In this document: positions 33,069 to 43,300 of the stretch, piece after piece
Numbering within the stretch: the stretch's first letter is position 1
Layout: the number at the start of each line of letters is the position of its first letter
NCBI GenBank assembly: GCA_937625935.1
Contig: OW569346.1
Span: 124,001 to 188,000, forward strand
Reading direction: 5' to 3'
Length of the DNA stretch: 64,000 bases
From: Tetramitus jugosus
Taxonomy: Eukaryota > Protista > Heterolobosea
Notes under the pieces: model-generated
Databases searched by the model: none
The model's input: the letters and a program-made list of their open reading frames with translations, nothing else
Told to the model about the DNA's origin: nothing
Program-made: the position numbers and the translations under genes

Positions 33069-34988
33069 ATGAATGTTCGAAAACAAGCAAATTCTTCATA
33101 TCCAAAAGCAGAGAAGGATACCTTTATCCAAAGAATTAAACTGCTGAAAAACAGTGGTAAATATGACCTGTATGTTGAGATCTACGCTCAGTGCATGAAG
33201 AGCAGCTTAAGCGCTATCTCTTCGACATCTCAAATCTACCACCGAGGCATCTTGTTCTTACCTTGGCATCGATGGTTCTTGTCGCAATTCGAATCAGAAC
33301 TCGGATGTCCAATTCCCTATTGGGATTGGACTGGTGACTACTCGGGTTTATGGGAGAATGATTTCATGGGAGGTGATGGTGATGAGTGTGGTATCGTGAA
33401 GTACGGCCCATTTTCAAAAATCAACAATTGGAAGTTGACAGTGGGCGTTGGAGTTAGTGAGATTGGAGAGGAATTGATAAGAATGATGCATGGTCGAATC
33501 ACTAATAAGATGTCATTGCCTGATGATAATCGTGTGAGAACAATCATGTCTATCCAGTCATTTGCTGAGTTCAGCAATCAAGTACATAGTATGTACGTGG
33601 ATGTCAGAGAGTGGATCGGGGGTTCTCTATCCATTGAAACAGCTCCTAATGATCCTATTTTCTGGCTCATGCACAGCTACTTAGACTTTTTATGGGCCCA
33701 ATGGCAATCTCGACACCCCAGACTCGCATTTCAGTTTGCATCTGAGCACATTTTGAACACTAATTTAACCTATAGCGGTCACTTGAAGAGTGTATCTGTT
33801 GGAAACACGGCAGACTTCATTACGCTTGGCTACTGTTACGACAAGCTAAAGTCAATTCCCCGAATTGAGACACAAGAGATTCCCGTACCTGTCCGAACAA
33901 TATCTGAAGTCTCCACCATAAGAGTCTCAGTCAACAGAGATGTTTCTTGGGACAACGACAATGCGAAAATTGCGTCACCGCAAACAATGAGCCTGACTGA
34001 GTTCGATACCTTCTTTGCCCCTCCTCAATTACAGCAACAAATCTCGAGCAACGAGGCAACTCGTCCTTCAGTCAGACCTGTAACAAATGAGTGCGTGGAG
34101 TCAAGAACTCTCGGTGAAGTGTCGAAATATTCTACCTCTAATCCACCTACAAACGATCTCTTATTGTTTGATATGGATGCACCAATCCAGCAAGAAACAA
34201 TTCCAAAGTTCTCCTCTCGACATCATGTAGAAGTAGCAAGCGCGAGTTCAAAGGTAGAGCATGTAAGACAGATCAGTTCTACAGCTCCCACACTTTCACC
34301 CAATAATATTCGATCAACACAGAGAACATTGCAAAACGACATATCTGCAAACAGGAAACCCAGGCAACAAGCGAACCCAACATTTCAAAGTGCTACCCAA
34401 TCTCAGTCTACTGTCACCATACCTCCAGCAAGTGAAGGAATTAGCTACTCAACATCTAACCATCAAACAAGGAATGTTCAGCCCTTCCCGTCATTTGGAA
34501 AACAACACCACAATCTAGAAACAACTTCGTCCACTTTCGCTGTACATACACTACCAAACAACCCTCAACGTGCAACAACTACTAGTCCAGTTTCATCTCG
34601 TTCTCATCAAGGAAGAACTTTGTCATTCACTTCGATTGCTTCTCGTTCCAGAGTCTCAAGCAACAAGATAGATATTCAAGCACAAAGTTCACAAATGAGT
34701 GGCAATCTGTTGGATTTCGGTGTACCTCAAGACAATAGCACACAAAATCACAATCGACCACGAGCCTCCACTCAACATTATGCAACAGTTCATCAAACAC
34801 AATCCTGCAGCCAACCAATGGAAATAGACCAATCGAGAAAGAATCTGGACAGTATAACTTCGAACACGATCTTCTCTTCAGGATTCAACCAGTTTCCTTC
34901 ACCAAGCCAGAATCTTTCAAATAATGCATCTAGTTCAAAAACAAGAAGTTCTAGCTTCACAGCTGCTGATGACTTTTTCTTCTCATAA
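33069..34988 (+). CDS. Tyrosinase-fold protein lacking several Cu ligands, with long disordered C-terminal tail
   Basis: VRKQ, YHRGILFLPWHRWFL, IPYWDW, FMGGDG, GPFS, APNDPIFWLMHSYLDFLWAQWQ, LGYCYD; S/Q/T/N-rich tail of about 370 aa. Confidence 0.85.
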   Translation: MNVRKQANSSYPKAEKDTFIQRIKLLKNSGKYDLYVEIYAQCMKSSLSAISSTSQIYHRGILFLPWHRWFLSQFESELGCPIPYWDWTGDYSGLWENDFMGGDGDECGIVKYGPFSKINNWKLTVGVGVSEIGEELIRMMHGRITNKMSLPDDNRVRTIMSIQSFAEFSNQVHSMYVDVREWIGGSLSIETAPNDPIFWLMHSYLDFLWAQWQSRHPRLAFQFASEHILNTNLTYSGHLKSVSVGNTADFITLGYCYDKLKSIPRIETQEIPVPVRTISEVSTIRVSVNRDVSWDNDNAKIASPQTMSLTEFDTFFAPPQLQQQISSNEATRPSVRPVTNECVESRTLGEVSKYSTSNPPTNDLLLFDMDAPIQQETIPKFSSRHHVEVASASSKVEHVRQISSTAPTLSPNNIRSTQRTLQNDISANRKPRQQANPTFQSATQSQSTVTIPPASEGISYSTSNHQTRNVQPFPSFGKQHHNLETTSSTFAVHTLPNNPQRATTTSPVSSRSHQGRTLSFTSIASRSRVSSNKIDIQAQSSQMSGNLLDFGVPQDNSTQNHNRPRASTQHYATVHQTQSCSQPMEIDQSRKNLDSITSNTIFSSGFNQFPSPSQNLSNNASSSKTRSSSFTAADDFFFS

Positions 34989-35003
34989 TAAAGAAAATGA
35001 CCT

Positions 35004-36497
35004 TTATCTAGTGGCATTCTCGGCATTGTACTCTATGTCATGCGTGAAAGCACGAGTGAAAGCAATACCATACTTGAGCACTTTGTAAATAGGATCTAGG
35101 ATTGAAAGGAACTGAGTGATAACTGGTACAACATCCGTCGGATCATAAATGATATCTCTGGCAATCAGAAACTTGGAGAACCAACTTCTAATGTCTTGGA
35201 AGGACTTAATGGGCATGATGAATGCCAGCAATAGGACCATGGCAGCAGCAATTTGTTGATTCTTGCCAATTGGGGAGAGTACCATTTGTGGGTCAGCATC
35301 AAAGAAACAAGATGCAAATTGAGCCGGATTAGCCGATCTGAACAAATGTATACCAGACGTTGATCGGGGATTACACTCAATCGGATATAGTTTCGATGTT
35401 TTGTGACATCTGATAAAATCAAAACTGATTTGGCCAGTGAACATAGTAGAGGAGACAAATTGTTGGACAAAATGACGTACGTCATTGGGATCATTCGCAT
35501 TTTCAAAGTAAACGCTTCCGCCATCTACTCTTCCAGAGTTAGTGTAGACTCCACCTACATACACTACGTGGGCAGCTACTTGACCATTATGAACGATCGA
35601 ATAAGAGCACAATAACTCACCATCAATATATTGTTGACCTACCCATGGTCCTCCACTCAACTCTGACTCACTGCTCTCAGAATCTTGTGTATTCATATCA
35701 AAAGTATCCAGTACCGATTTTAATGACGGTCTAATCAATACTTCTACAGCAAATCGTGAGAAGGCTGGCTTAAGTACAATATCTAGCTGTTCATTCCCAT
35801 CTACATTTGCGTTCATGTCATTTAAATACTTTGTCAAATCATTTCGAGTATGAAGTACAACTGAGTGGGGAGCCGACCATTCTTGATCTGCACCATTCAC
35901 ACTCATCATGTCTTGAATCATTTGGTTGAATGTAAACTTGTCATGTACTTGTTTCATTATTTCAAAATCACCAACAAAGACTGTCAACTCATCATCCATC
36001 GTACCGCTCACATTCTTTCTGCATTCTTGGAACTCTTGACAAATGATTGACTTGTATTTGCTGACCCACATGGCATCCTCGCAAGTCGGAATGATCAATG
36101 AGATCGAATTGTCAGCACAGTACTTGCCCAATTTCTTCGCATAGAGCCTCGGGTTGACATTTGGAAACACGTCAATAAAATGATTGCAGTGCACGTGACT
36201 CGAAAACCTACTCAGCGGAAATGGGTACACAAAACTGGATTCCACACTGTGTACGAAGTGACCTGCTTTGGACAACATTCGAATCAGATCCAAAGTGTAA
36301 GTCGAACGACCACCAGTCACAACAATATTCTTCCCGACTGCTGTTGCCTTGTTTGGTAGTTGACTGGAACAACGACAACCATTCACAACAATCGCAAACA
36401 TCATCTTTGCACAATCCCACATTGCCAGAGGAAAAATGACGAAACACAAGAGAATAAATCGAAGGAAAGTAAACAGCAAAACGTATCGATGCATCAT
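35004..36497 (-). CDS. Bacterial-type ATP-grasp ligase with N-terminal hydrophobic segment
   Basis: VVTGGRSTYTLDLIR, IIPTCE, VHDKFTF, VLKPAFSRFA, QQYIDG, GQISFDFI, IECNPRSTSGIHLF; intronless. Confidence 0.85.
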   Translation of the reverse strand: MMHRYVLLFTFLRFILLCFVIFPLAMWDCAKMMFAIVVNGCRCSSQLPNKATAVGKNIVVTGGRSTYTLDLIRMLSKAGHFVHSVESSFVYPFPLSRFSSHVHCNHFIDVFPNVNPRLYAKKLGKYCADNSISLIIPTCEDAMWVSKYKSIICQEFQECRKNVSGTMDDELTVFVGDFEIMKQVHDKFTFNQMIQDMMSVNGADQEWSAPHSVVLHTRNDLTKYLNDMNANVDGNEQLDIVLKPAFSRFAVEVLIRPSLKSVLDTFDMNTQDSESSESELSGGPWVGQQYIDGELLCSYSIVHNGQVAAHVVYVGGVYTNSGRVDGGSVYFENANDPNDVRHFVQQFVSSTMFTGQISFDFIRCHKTSKLYPIECNPRSTSGIHLFRSANPAQFASCFFDADPQMVLSPIGKNQQIAAAMVLLLAFIMPIKSFQDIRSWFSKFLIARDIIYDPTDVVPVITQFLSILDPIYKVLKYGIAFTRAFTHDIEYNAENATR

Positions 36498-36595
36498 CGT
36501 CGTGTGATCTGCTTTTTGTTTGTTGTTTTGTTCGCTGATGAGATGAACTTTTCACACTACTAAATAAAAAAAAACTCCCACTGGCCACAGTTTTT

Positions 36596-39307
36596 TTATT
36601 CGTCGAGTAAATGTTCGTATTCCCCTCCTTCTTCTTCCCGTCCATATCCCTCATATTCATAATAATTGTCTGCGTTAATCTCCTCGTACTTGAGCATTTC
36701 TCTTCTGATTTTCTTGGCCCGACGGATATTGGCCACTCTGATCTTGTGTGGCAAATGGTCCAAGTCAACAGGTACACGGGACCATTTCAAAAATTCCATG
36801 CCATAGCGAGGACCGTATTGTTCACAGACTCGAATCTTGCACGTTCTCAAATGCTCTACAGCCTTGTGCGTACTCATACCTTGCTTATCATATGCTTCGA
36901 TCAAGGAATCGTACAACTTTGGTCCAGCGACAAACTCTCCTCCTCTATTCAATTCTTCAATCATGAAGCCTGCCCTCTCTAGATCACCATTATCAAGAAA
37001 ACGATGGTAAAGTTGATGAATGAGAGTAGGATATGGAATCATACTGTGATCCCTTGTCATTTGTCTGTAATAATTGAATGCACCTTCGAGATCACCATTC
37101 GCGAAACTAACCTTCATCATGGATTGCAGAGTTCGTTCGTTTGGTTGCAATTTGTTTTCTCTAATTTGTTGATATACCTTCTCAATATCTTCTGTGAGCT
37201 CCATGATTGACAGGTAGTGGATCGCCGTTTGATAAAAAACAATGTTGGGCTTAATGCCTTCAGCTATCATCTTATCATAGTATTCATTGGCTATTTCAAC
37301 CTCACCAAACTTTAGGTGATATCCAACGATAATTGTATAGAGGCTAGACGAGCGATTGTAACCATACTTTTCTGTAATACTATCAAACACTACTCGAGCC
37401 TCCTCCAAAGAATTGTACAAACATAACTGTGCAATAATCATCAGTAGGTGTTTGTATGATGGTTCCACTCCCTTCTTTCGCATCGAGTCCACAATATGAT
37501 ACAAGTCAGAAGCAGTACCAAATCGAGCAGCACCATTCAGAATATATCGATAATGCTCGCTCGTTCGTGGAGTATCTGTTTGTTTGTTCATCTCTTTCAG
37601 CAAGCTAAACGCTCCCACTTTGTCACGCAATCTAAACTTGTCGTATATCATCACAGAATAAATATGTGGGTGTATAGAGCCAACCATTTGCTTGTAATCA
37701 TTGATTATTCTTCTTGCCTTGTCATAATGGCGCACTTGTAAAAAATATTGAATCAGGGTGACGAATACAGCCAACTTAGGGACCACCTGCATATCTATCA
37801 TACTAAAGTACAAGTTCTCAGCTTCATTCACTTTCTCTCTCCTCACTAGCCCACTGATACGGAAAGCAACCACATTGATATCATTCTTGTCACGTACAAG
37901 ACCATCCTCAATCATCAAATCGAGTATTCTGTCCATTTTCTTCAAATCTCCCGTGAGAGCAGCATTGGACAATAACGGAGAATACGTTTGAAATGTTGGA
38001 ACCAATCCTCGCTTCTTCATTAGATCGATAGCCTCAAAAGCTTCCTTGTATCTTCCCAGTTTCATACAACCATGAATCAAATGAATAAAATGTTCAGTGT
38101 GTATGACACCATTTGGCAATTCAAGAACAATTTTCTTTGCTCGGTCAACATCATGCATCTGAACAGCAACATGTCTCACAATCGTCATTGATACCTTTGG
38201 CGATGGATATTGATATTCTCTCTTGTACTGATCAAACAGTTGCCAAGCCAAATCAGTTTTTTGACTTCTAAAATAGAGAGTAAGCAGCAAGGCATACATT
38301 TGATCGCTGGATGATGCACTCAATTGATAATCCTTCAACTTTCTGAGCAACTCCACTGCACTCTCCGTATCTCTAAATCTCACATAATGCTTAACCATCA
38401 TCAAATAAATCTGTTCATCCTTTTTGATACCACAACTCTCCAAAAAGTACAGCACTTTATCAAATTGTGCCAAATTGCGAGTCTTTCCCGCCAAATGCAA
38501 CATTTTTCTCAAAAACGACTCTGTAGGTCTCAATCTCGCATCACTATTAACATCATTATTATCGTACTCATCAGCATAATCAGCATCTTCATCACCTTCA
38601 TCACCCTGACTCGTACTACTTTGATTCCTCCTCTCGTTCATATACTTGACTCGAGCCCGACTGTCAAACGATTTCATGACTTGTTGAAATATTTTTTCAA
38701 TCAGATCAAATCGACCGACCTTTGCCAACTCATCCACCAACAACTCATACGTCTCATACGACGGCACATACTTTATCTCATACTCTTTTTTTCCGCCAGT
38801 CGGAGTCGGAGAATTTTTGTGGGACAAGGAGGGAGCAGAGATGGGAATGAGAGCGTATCGAGAGAGCACTTGAGACACTGCCAACTCTACTTTTCCATTG
38901 TGCATTAAACTGGAGATGAACACTCGAAATTGTTCCTCTCGGCCTTGACCACCAAACGGATGATGATGAAAATCATCATTTTCGTCGTTTTTCTCCAAAT
39001 TCAAGCTTCGTTGCATAGTGGGATCATCGTGCTCCAATGGTTGTGTCAATTGAGAGAGGAAATGAGTGTCTTGCAAGAGGAATGAACTTGATTTTTTGTG
39101 ATTTTTACTGCTATTGTCGTCAATGTTGTGAGCGAGTGTGGTGAATTGTTGTTGTTGTTGAAAGAGTGATCGTAGTAGTAGTGGTGGTGGTGGTGGAGTG
39201 ATGAATGATGATGTCTGAAGCTGTGATAATGAGGTAGTGCCTCTCTTGCGTGAGAGAAGATTGCAAGCATCACAGTGTCGAGTGATCCTTTTGCTGCTTC
39301 GATGCAT
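36596..39307 (-). CDS. Pentatricopeptide-repeat (PPR) protein, probably mitochondrial
   Basis: Multiple 35-aa helical repeats (e.g. MKKRGLVPTFQTYSPLL, MIAEGIKPNIVFYQTAI); presequence-like N-terminus MHRSSKRITR. Confidence 0.9.
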   Translation of the reverse strand: MHRSSKRITRHCDACNLLSRKRGTTSLSQLQTSSFITPPPPPLLLRSLFQQQQQFTTLAHNIDDNSSKNHKKSSSFLLQDTHFLSQLTQPLEHDDPTMQRSLNLEKNDENDDFHHHPFGGQGREEQFRVFISSLMHNGKVELAVSQVLSRYALIPISAPSLSHKNSPTPTGGKKEYEIKYVPSYETYELLVDELAKVGRFDLIEKIFQQVMKSFDSRARVKYMNERRNQSSTSQGDEGDEDADYADEYDNNDVNSDARLRPTESFLRKMLHLAGKTRNLAQFDKVLYFLESCGIKKDEQIYLMMVKHYVRFRDTESAVELLRKLKDYQLSASSSDQMYALLLTLYFRSQKTDLAWQLFDQYKREYQYPSPKVSMTIVRHVAVQMHDVDRAKKIVLELPNGVIHTEHFIHLIHGCMKLGRYKEAFEAIDLMKKRGLVPTFQTYSPLLSNAALTGDLKKMDRILDLMIEDGLVRDKNDINVVAFRISGLVRREKVNEAENLYFSMIDMQVVPKLAVFVTLIQYFLQVRHYDKARRIINDYKQMVGSIHPHIYSVMIYDKFRLRDKVGAFSLLKEMNKQTDTPRTSEHYRYILNGAARFGTASDLYHIVDSMRKKGVEPSYKHLLMIIAQLCLYNSLEEARVVFDSITEKYGYNRSSSLYTIIVGYHLKFGEVEIANEYYDKMIAEGIKPNIVFYQTAIHYLSIMELTEDIEKVYQQIRENKLQPNERTLQSMMKVSFANGDLEGAFNYYRQMTRDHSMIPYPTLIHQLYHRFLDNGDLERAGFMIEELNRGGEFVAGPKLYDSLIEAYDKQGMSTHKAVEHLRTCKIRVCEQYGPRYGMEFLKWSRVPVDLDHLPHKIRVANIRRAKKIRREMLKYEEINADNYYEYEGYGREEEGGEYEHLLDE

Positions 39308-39442
39308 GATTTTTGTTTTTGTTTTTTCGCGCAAAACTCTCTTTGATTTTGTGTCGGCGGTGGGAGAACTTTTTGGCCGACACAATTCTACCGCATTCTC
39401 TTGTTGTGAACAAAAAACAGACCAGAAAAAGACGTACGAGAA

Positions 39443-40075
39443 ATGATGATCATGCAAAGGACAACAACACGATGTTGTGTCCCTCGCTCTATCGCTAATC
39501 TCAATTCTTTGTTATTGCGCAATGACAAACCACTATTACCACAAAGCTCTCGTCCCTTCTCCACTCTTTCATTCCTGGCTCAACAACAACAACAAACTCA
39601 GTCATCAAATGGTGGTTCAAATGTTGATGCGCCAACCTCAAACGTTCAGAAACAACAAGTATCTCAACCACAACCACAACCACAACCAGTCAAAATCATA
39701 AAACACCATCCTGGTACGACTCAAAATCCAATGAAGGAAACAAAAACAAAAGAAGGCTTTCGTAACGCACTGTTCGAATCAGAAGATGAGAAAAGTATGG
39801 TGAAACGAGGTGCCATTTTCTCACTGACATTTGCCTTGTTGCTCTGGCTCGGTACATACTATAGAGCTTATTTGATGCAGACGAATAGAGGCACACTGTG
39901 GTTGCCAGCCATTTTCGTCTATGCACACAATGAGCAGAGTCTGTTTGCGCAGCACTATTTTGGCAAGACATCGTATTCCAATGATTGGGGAGTGGATGAA
40001 ATGCAAGACAAGGAACAACGCGTGCAGCGATTGAAGCAATTGGAGCAGGAATACTCTGATGTGCCGGAGTTGTAA
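39443..40075 (+). CDS. Small single-TM protein with mitochondrial presequence-like N-terminus
   Basis: SSRPFSTL cleavage-like motif; TM GAIFSLTFALLLWLGTYY; divergent from the PPR gene. Confidence 0.65.
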   Translation: MMIMQRTTTRCCVPRSIANLNSLLLRNDKPLLPQSSRPFSTLSFLAQQQQQTQSSNGGSNVDAPTSNVQKQQVSQPQPQPQPVKIIKHHPGTTQNPMKETKTKEGFRNALFESEDEKSMVKRGAIFSLTFALLLWLGTYYRAYLMQTNRGTLWLPAIFVYAHNEQSLFAQHYFGKTSYSNDWGVDEMQDKEQRVQRLKQLEQEYSDVPEL

Positions 40076-40387
40076 ATAAAAATTGTTTGTCGGGTTTTTA
40101 TTGAAGTAGAAAATGCACTTTGAATGACCTTGTTGAAGCTTTCGCACTCAATTGAGATAAGACATGAAGCTTGAAGATGGGCATCTGTTTTCTCCCTCAA
40201 CAACTTGCGACACGTATTGGCAACTGGACCGGAGATTGTTCTTGACTTTTGAGATGATGAAAAATTAACACTGAAACTCCAGCACACGGAAACAAAAATC
40301 GATCGATGCACAACACAACACAACAATCAATCGATCACACCATTTCCACCCGCAACAAAACACATTCCAATCATCATTCATGATATC

Positions 40388-43300
40388 ATGCAGCATCGAC
40401 CACCAATCAAACTTTTCAATTTATTCGTATTGTTGCAAGTACTGCTCTGCACCATCATCATCATCATGATGATTGCATCACCAGTCAGCAGTAGCACCAT
40501 CACTGATGACATGATGACAACTGGAAAGAAACCAATTTCAAAAACCAAAATTCGCATCATTCCTCTCCTATCGCTCAACCATGCATTGTCCAATTGGATT
40601 GATCATCAGAAACAAACTGATGACAATGATGATAATAAGCATATAATTGATGATCCATGCAAGAACAATTGTTTTCAAACATTGATTGAATCATTGGTGA
40701 GCAACAACAACAACAAAAATCAAAAGCTGATTGGAAAAAGAACAATATCTGTGCCTATTCATGCACTCATTCCCTTTTTCACATACTCGGATCAATGTCT
40801 CTCTCTTTCCTCTGCGTCATCATCTGATATGATTCATTCTCTCAAGAATCGAAAACAATTTTTTCAATTGTTACTGGGAGAAGACGATGATCAAGCAGAC
40901 AGCCGGAATGATCATGAACAGAAGACAACTGGAAATGATGATGACAAGCAAAGACAATTCTTGTTTGTGAATGAAGATGAAATTGATAATCATAGTAGTA
41001 ACAAGAGAACAAATGATGATCATGGTGATGATTTTATGATGAAGAGAGAAAATCAAGATGCACTGTCGCGAGTTCACTCTCTATCCGAGATTGAAAATTA
41101 TTTGAGACGAGAGTGGGGTGTCAGTATTACGCATGTGACACTCAAATCATCATATCGAACGAAACGGCGCAATGTGGTTGATGGGGAGGATGACGATCAA
41201 CAATTGTTTATCAAGAGAGAACGATTGATCAGAGGTACACAATGGGATGCGAGAGTCGATGAGAATGAGCACGAGTCATCCATTTGGGGAGGATTGAATG
41301 AGTTGATTCATGAAAGAATCTTGCAAATCAATAATGATCCAGGCACAGGAACAGCAATAGTGCATGTGGTGTGGGAGATGAATGGATCAGAGAAATCATT
41401 TGGGCAAATTGAAAAATTCATGTCATTACTATCGTTACATTTGAATGAAGTTGAGATTGAATATGGCTCGTTCCGAAATTTGAATGAAAAGTACACGGAT
41501 CAGATCATACGTATACGGTCGACGAGCAACCGCGATGAAGAAACTATTCATTCCTCAGAGTACACACTGAAATCAATGACAAACACTTATCGATTGTCAG
41601 TGAGTAAAATGTTAAGTGAAACTCGATCGTTATTACATGCATCGGAAGTGATGCTCTCTCATGTCGTTATGAAATCGAAAATTGATCAAAAGAAGAGTTT
41701 AATGGATGAAGTGATAAAAGCGAGAAGATTACTAGCAATGGTTGAGAATTTGCTCAGCAGTGAAGACATTTTTGGTTATGGTCCCTCTGCAACAGATTTA
41801 ATGAGCACGTTGAACCACTTGTTGAGCAAAGTGCAATCGAGTGCTAAACAGATGATGACACAGCAAGTTGGTTCCTTGATACACAAGGAGAAAGCAGAAC
41901 GTGAATTTTCTCGTGTATTTGAGTACTATTCAAATGGAAGATATTATAGACATAGTACTCCTAGATTTATTAGCTTTCAATCAGACTTCAAGGTTGAGAA
42001 ACCAGAACATGACTCAATCTTTAACGAAGATGACATGTCAATTCCTATTATTGTATTTAACGATTTATCATGGCAAAGGAGCGAAATGGTTGAAATTGCA
42101 ATATCAACAACAGATGTACATGACAAAGACTTTCTCATTGATGTGTTCGATGAGCTCGGAGATTCAGTTATTGCACAATTAGTTCCAAATTTATCAATGC
42201 ATCATGCACCTATAGAATGGTTTCGACTAGTGTTTATCGCAAAGGATGTTCCTGCATTCGGAACGAGAACATACTTCTTAAGCAGGAGAAGAAAGTTCGA
42301 AACGCACAAACACTACAAGGACAACCTCGAGGCAGGTTCATCAACTATAATGTCTACCGTACTATTGTCTGATAACTCAAAGTTTCACGAATTATTGAAG
42401 GATCAAGATCTAGAATCATTGCACTTTAAAGTAGAAAAACTGGGCAGGAAAGATATTGTTTTGAACCACCAAAAGCAAAGTGTCGGATTTCAACGAAATA
42501 CTGGCAATTTGGCTTTTGTCACAACAAAACTTCCTTCCAAGGGACGTCCTAGTACATTCTTTTTATCTGAACAGTATTTTACATATAATGCCCCTCACTC
42601 GAATGAGTCATTTGTATCCTTGATATCATATGATTGGTTGCTGGGCTTCCTTATCTGTTCATCTATTGGATACCTATTGGGACTTGTATTTTCTAAAGTG
42701 TTCGTCGGCTCTAAAATTGTTAAGTCAATGACGAAAGCTACACAAAGAGCAAACAGCTCACCTATTTTAATGAATGAAAAGGACAATACTCGCCCATTTG
42801 GGAGGTATCAAGATCGTGGAACCGCTAAACCTAATCCATTTGCGATCTCATCCTCGAAACATGACCAGAGATACTCATTCAGCCACATTATTTATAATCT
42901 TCTGAACCACATACGATCAAACAAGGATAATAAGAAACAAGCACATGGGCTGGTTGCCTTTTCTTTTGGTATGGTCGGGGCGATTATTACGAGCAATATT
43001 ATCTTTCATGATTACTTGATCATTACCTCAATATTGTCTCCGCTTTTCGTGGGAATCATACTTGGTTTCCTAGCCGGATTGGTATTCTCTTTATTTGGAG
43101 TGAAAAGCTGGGTTATATTCGGGATCGTGTTTGTCATTACGTATTCGACAAGTTACTTTGCTCAACCATGGATGATAGCCACAGGACTAGACAATAATCT
43201 AGCGTTGAATGACTTGATTGTGTTTGAAGGACCTCTCATGCATGAAATGAATCAACAGTTCAATAGCTCCTTCAGTGGTCTATCTGTACTTCAAACAACA

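Noticed and set aside
33069-36497. Tyrosinase plus ATP-grasp as a pigment or sunscreen biosynthetic gene cluster
   Set aside because: The tyrosinase lacks copper ligands and no other pathway genes are adjacent; adjacency is expected in such a gene-dense genome
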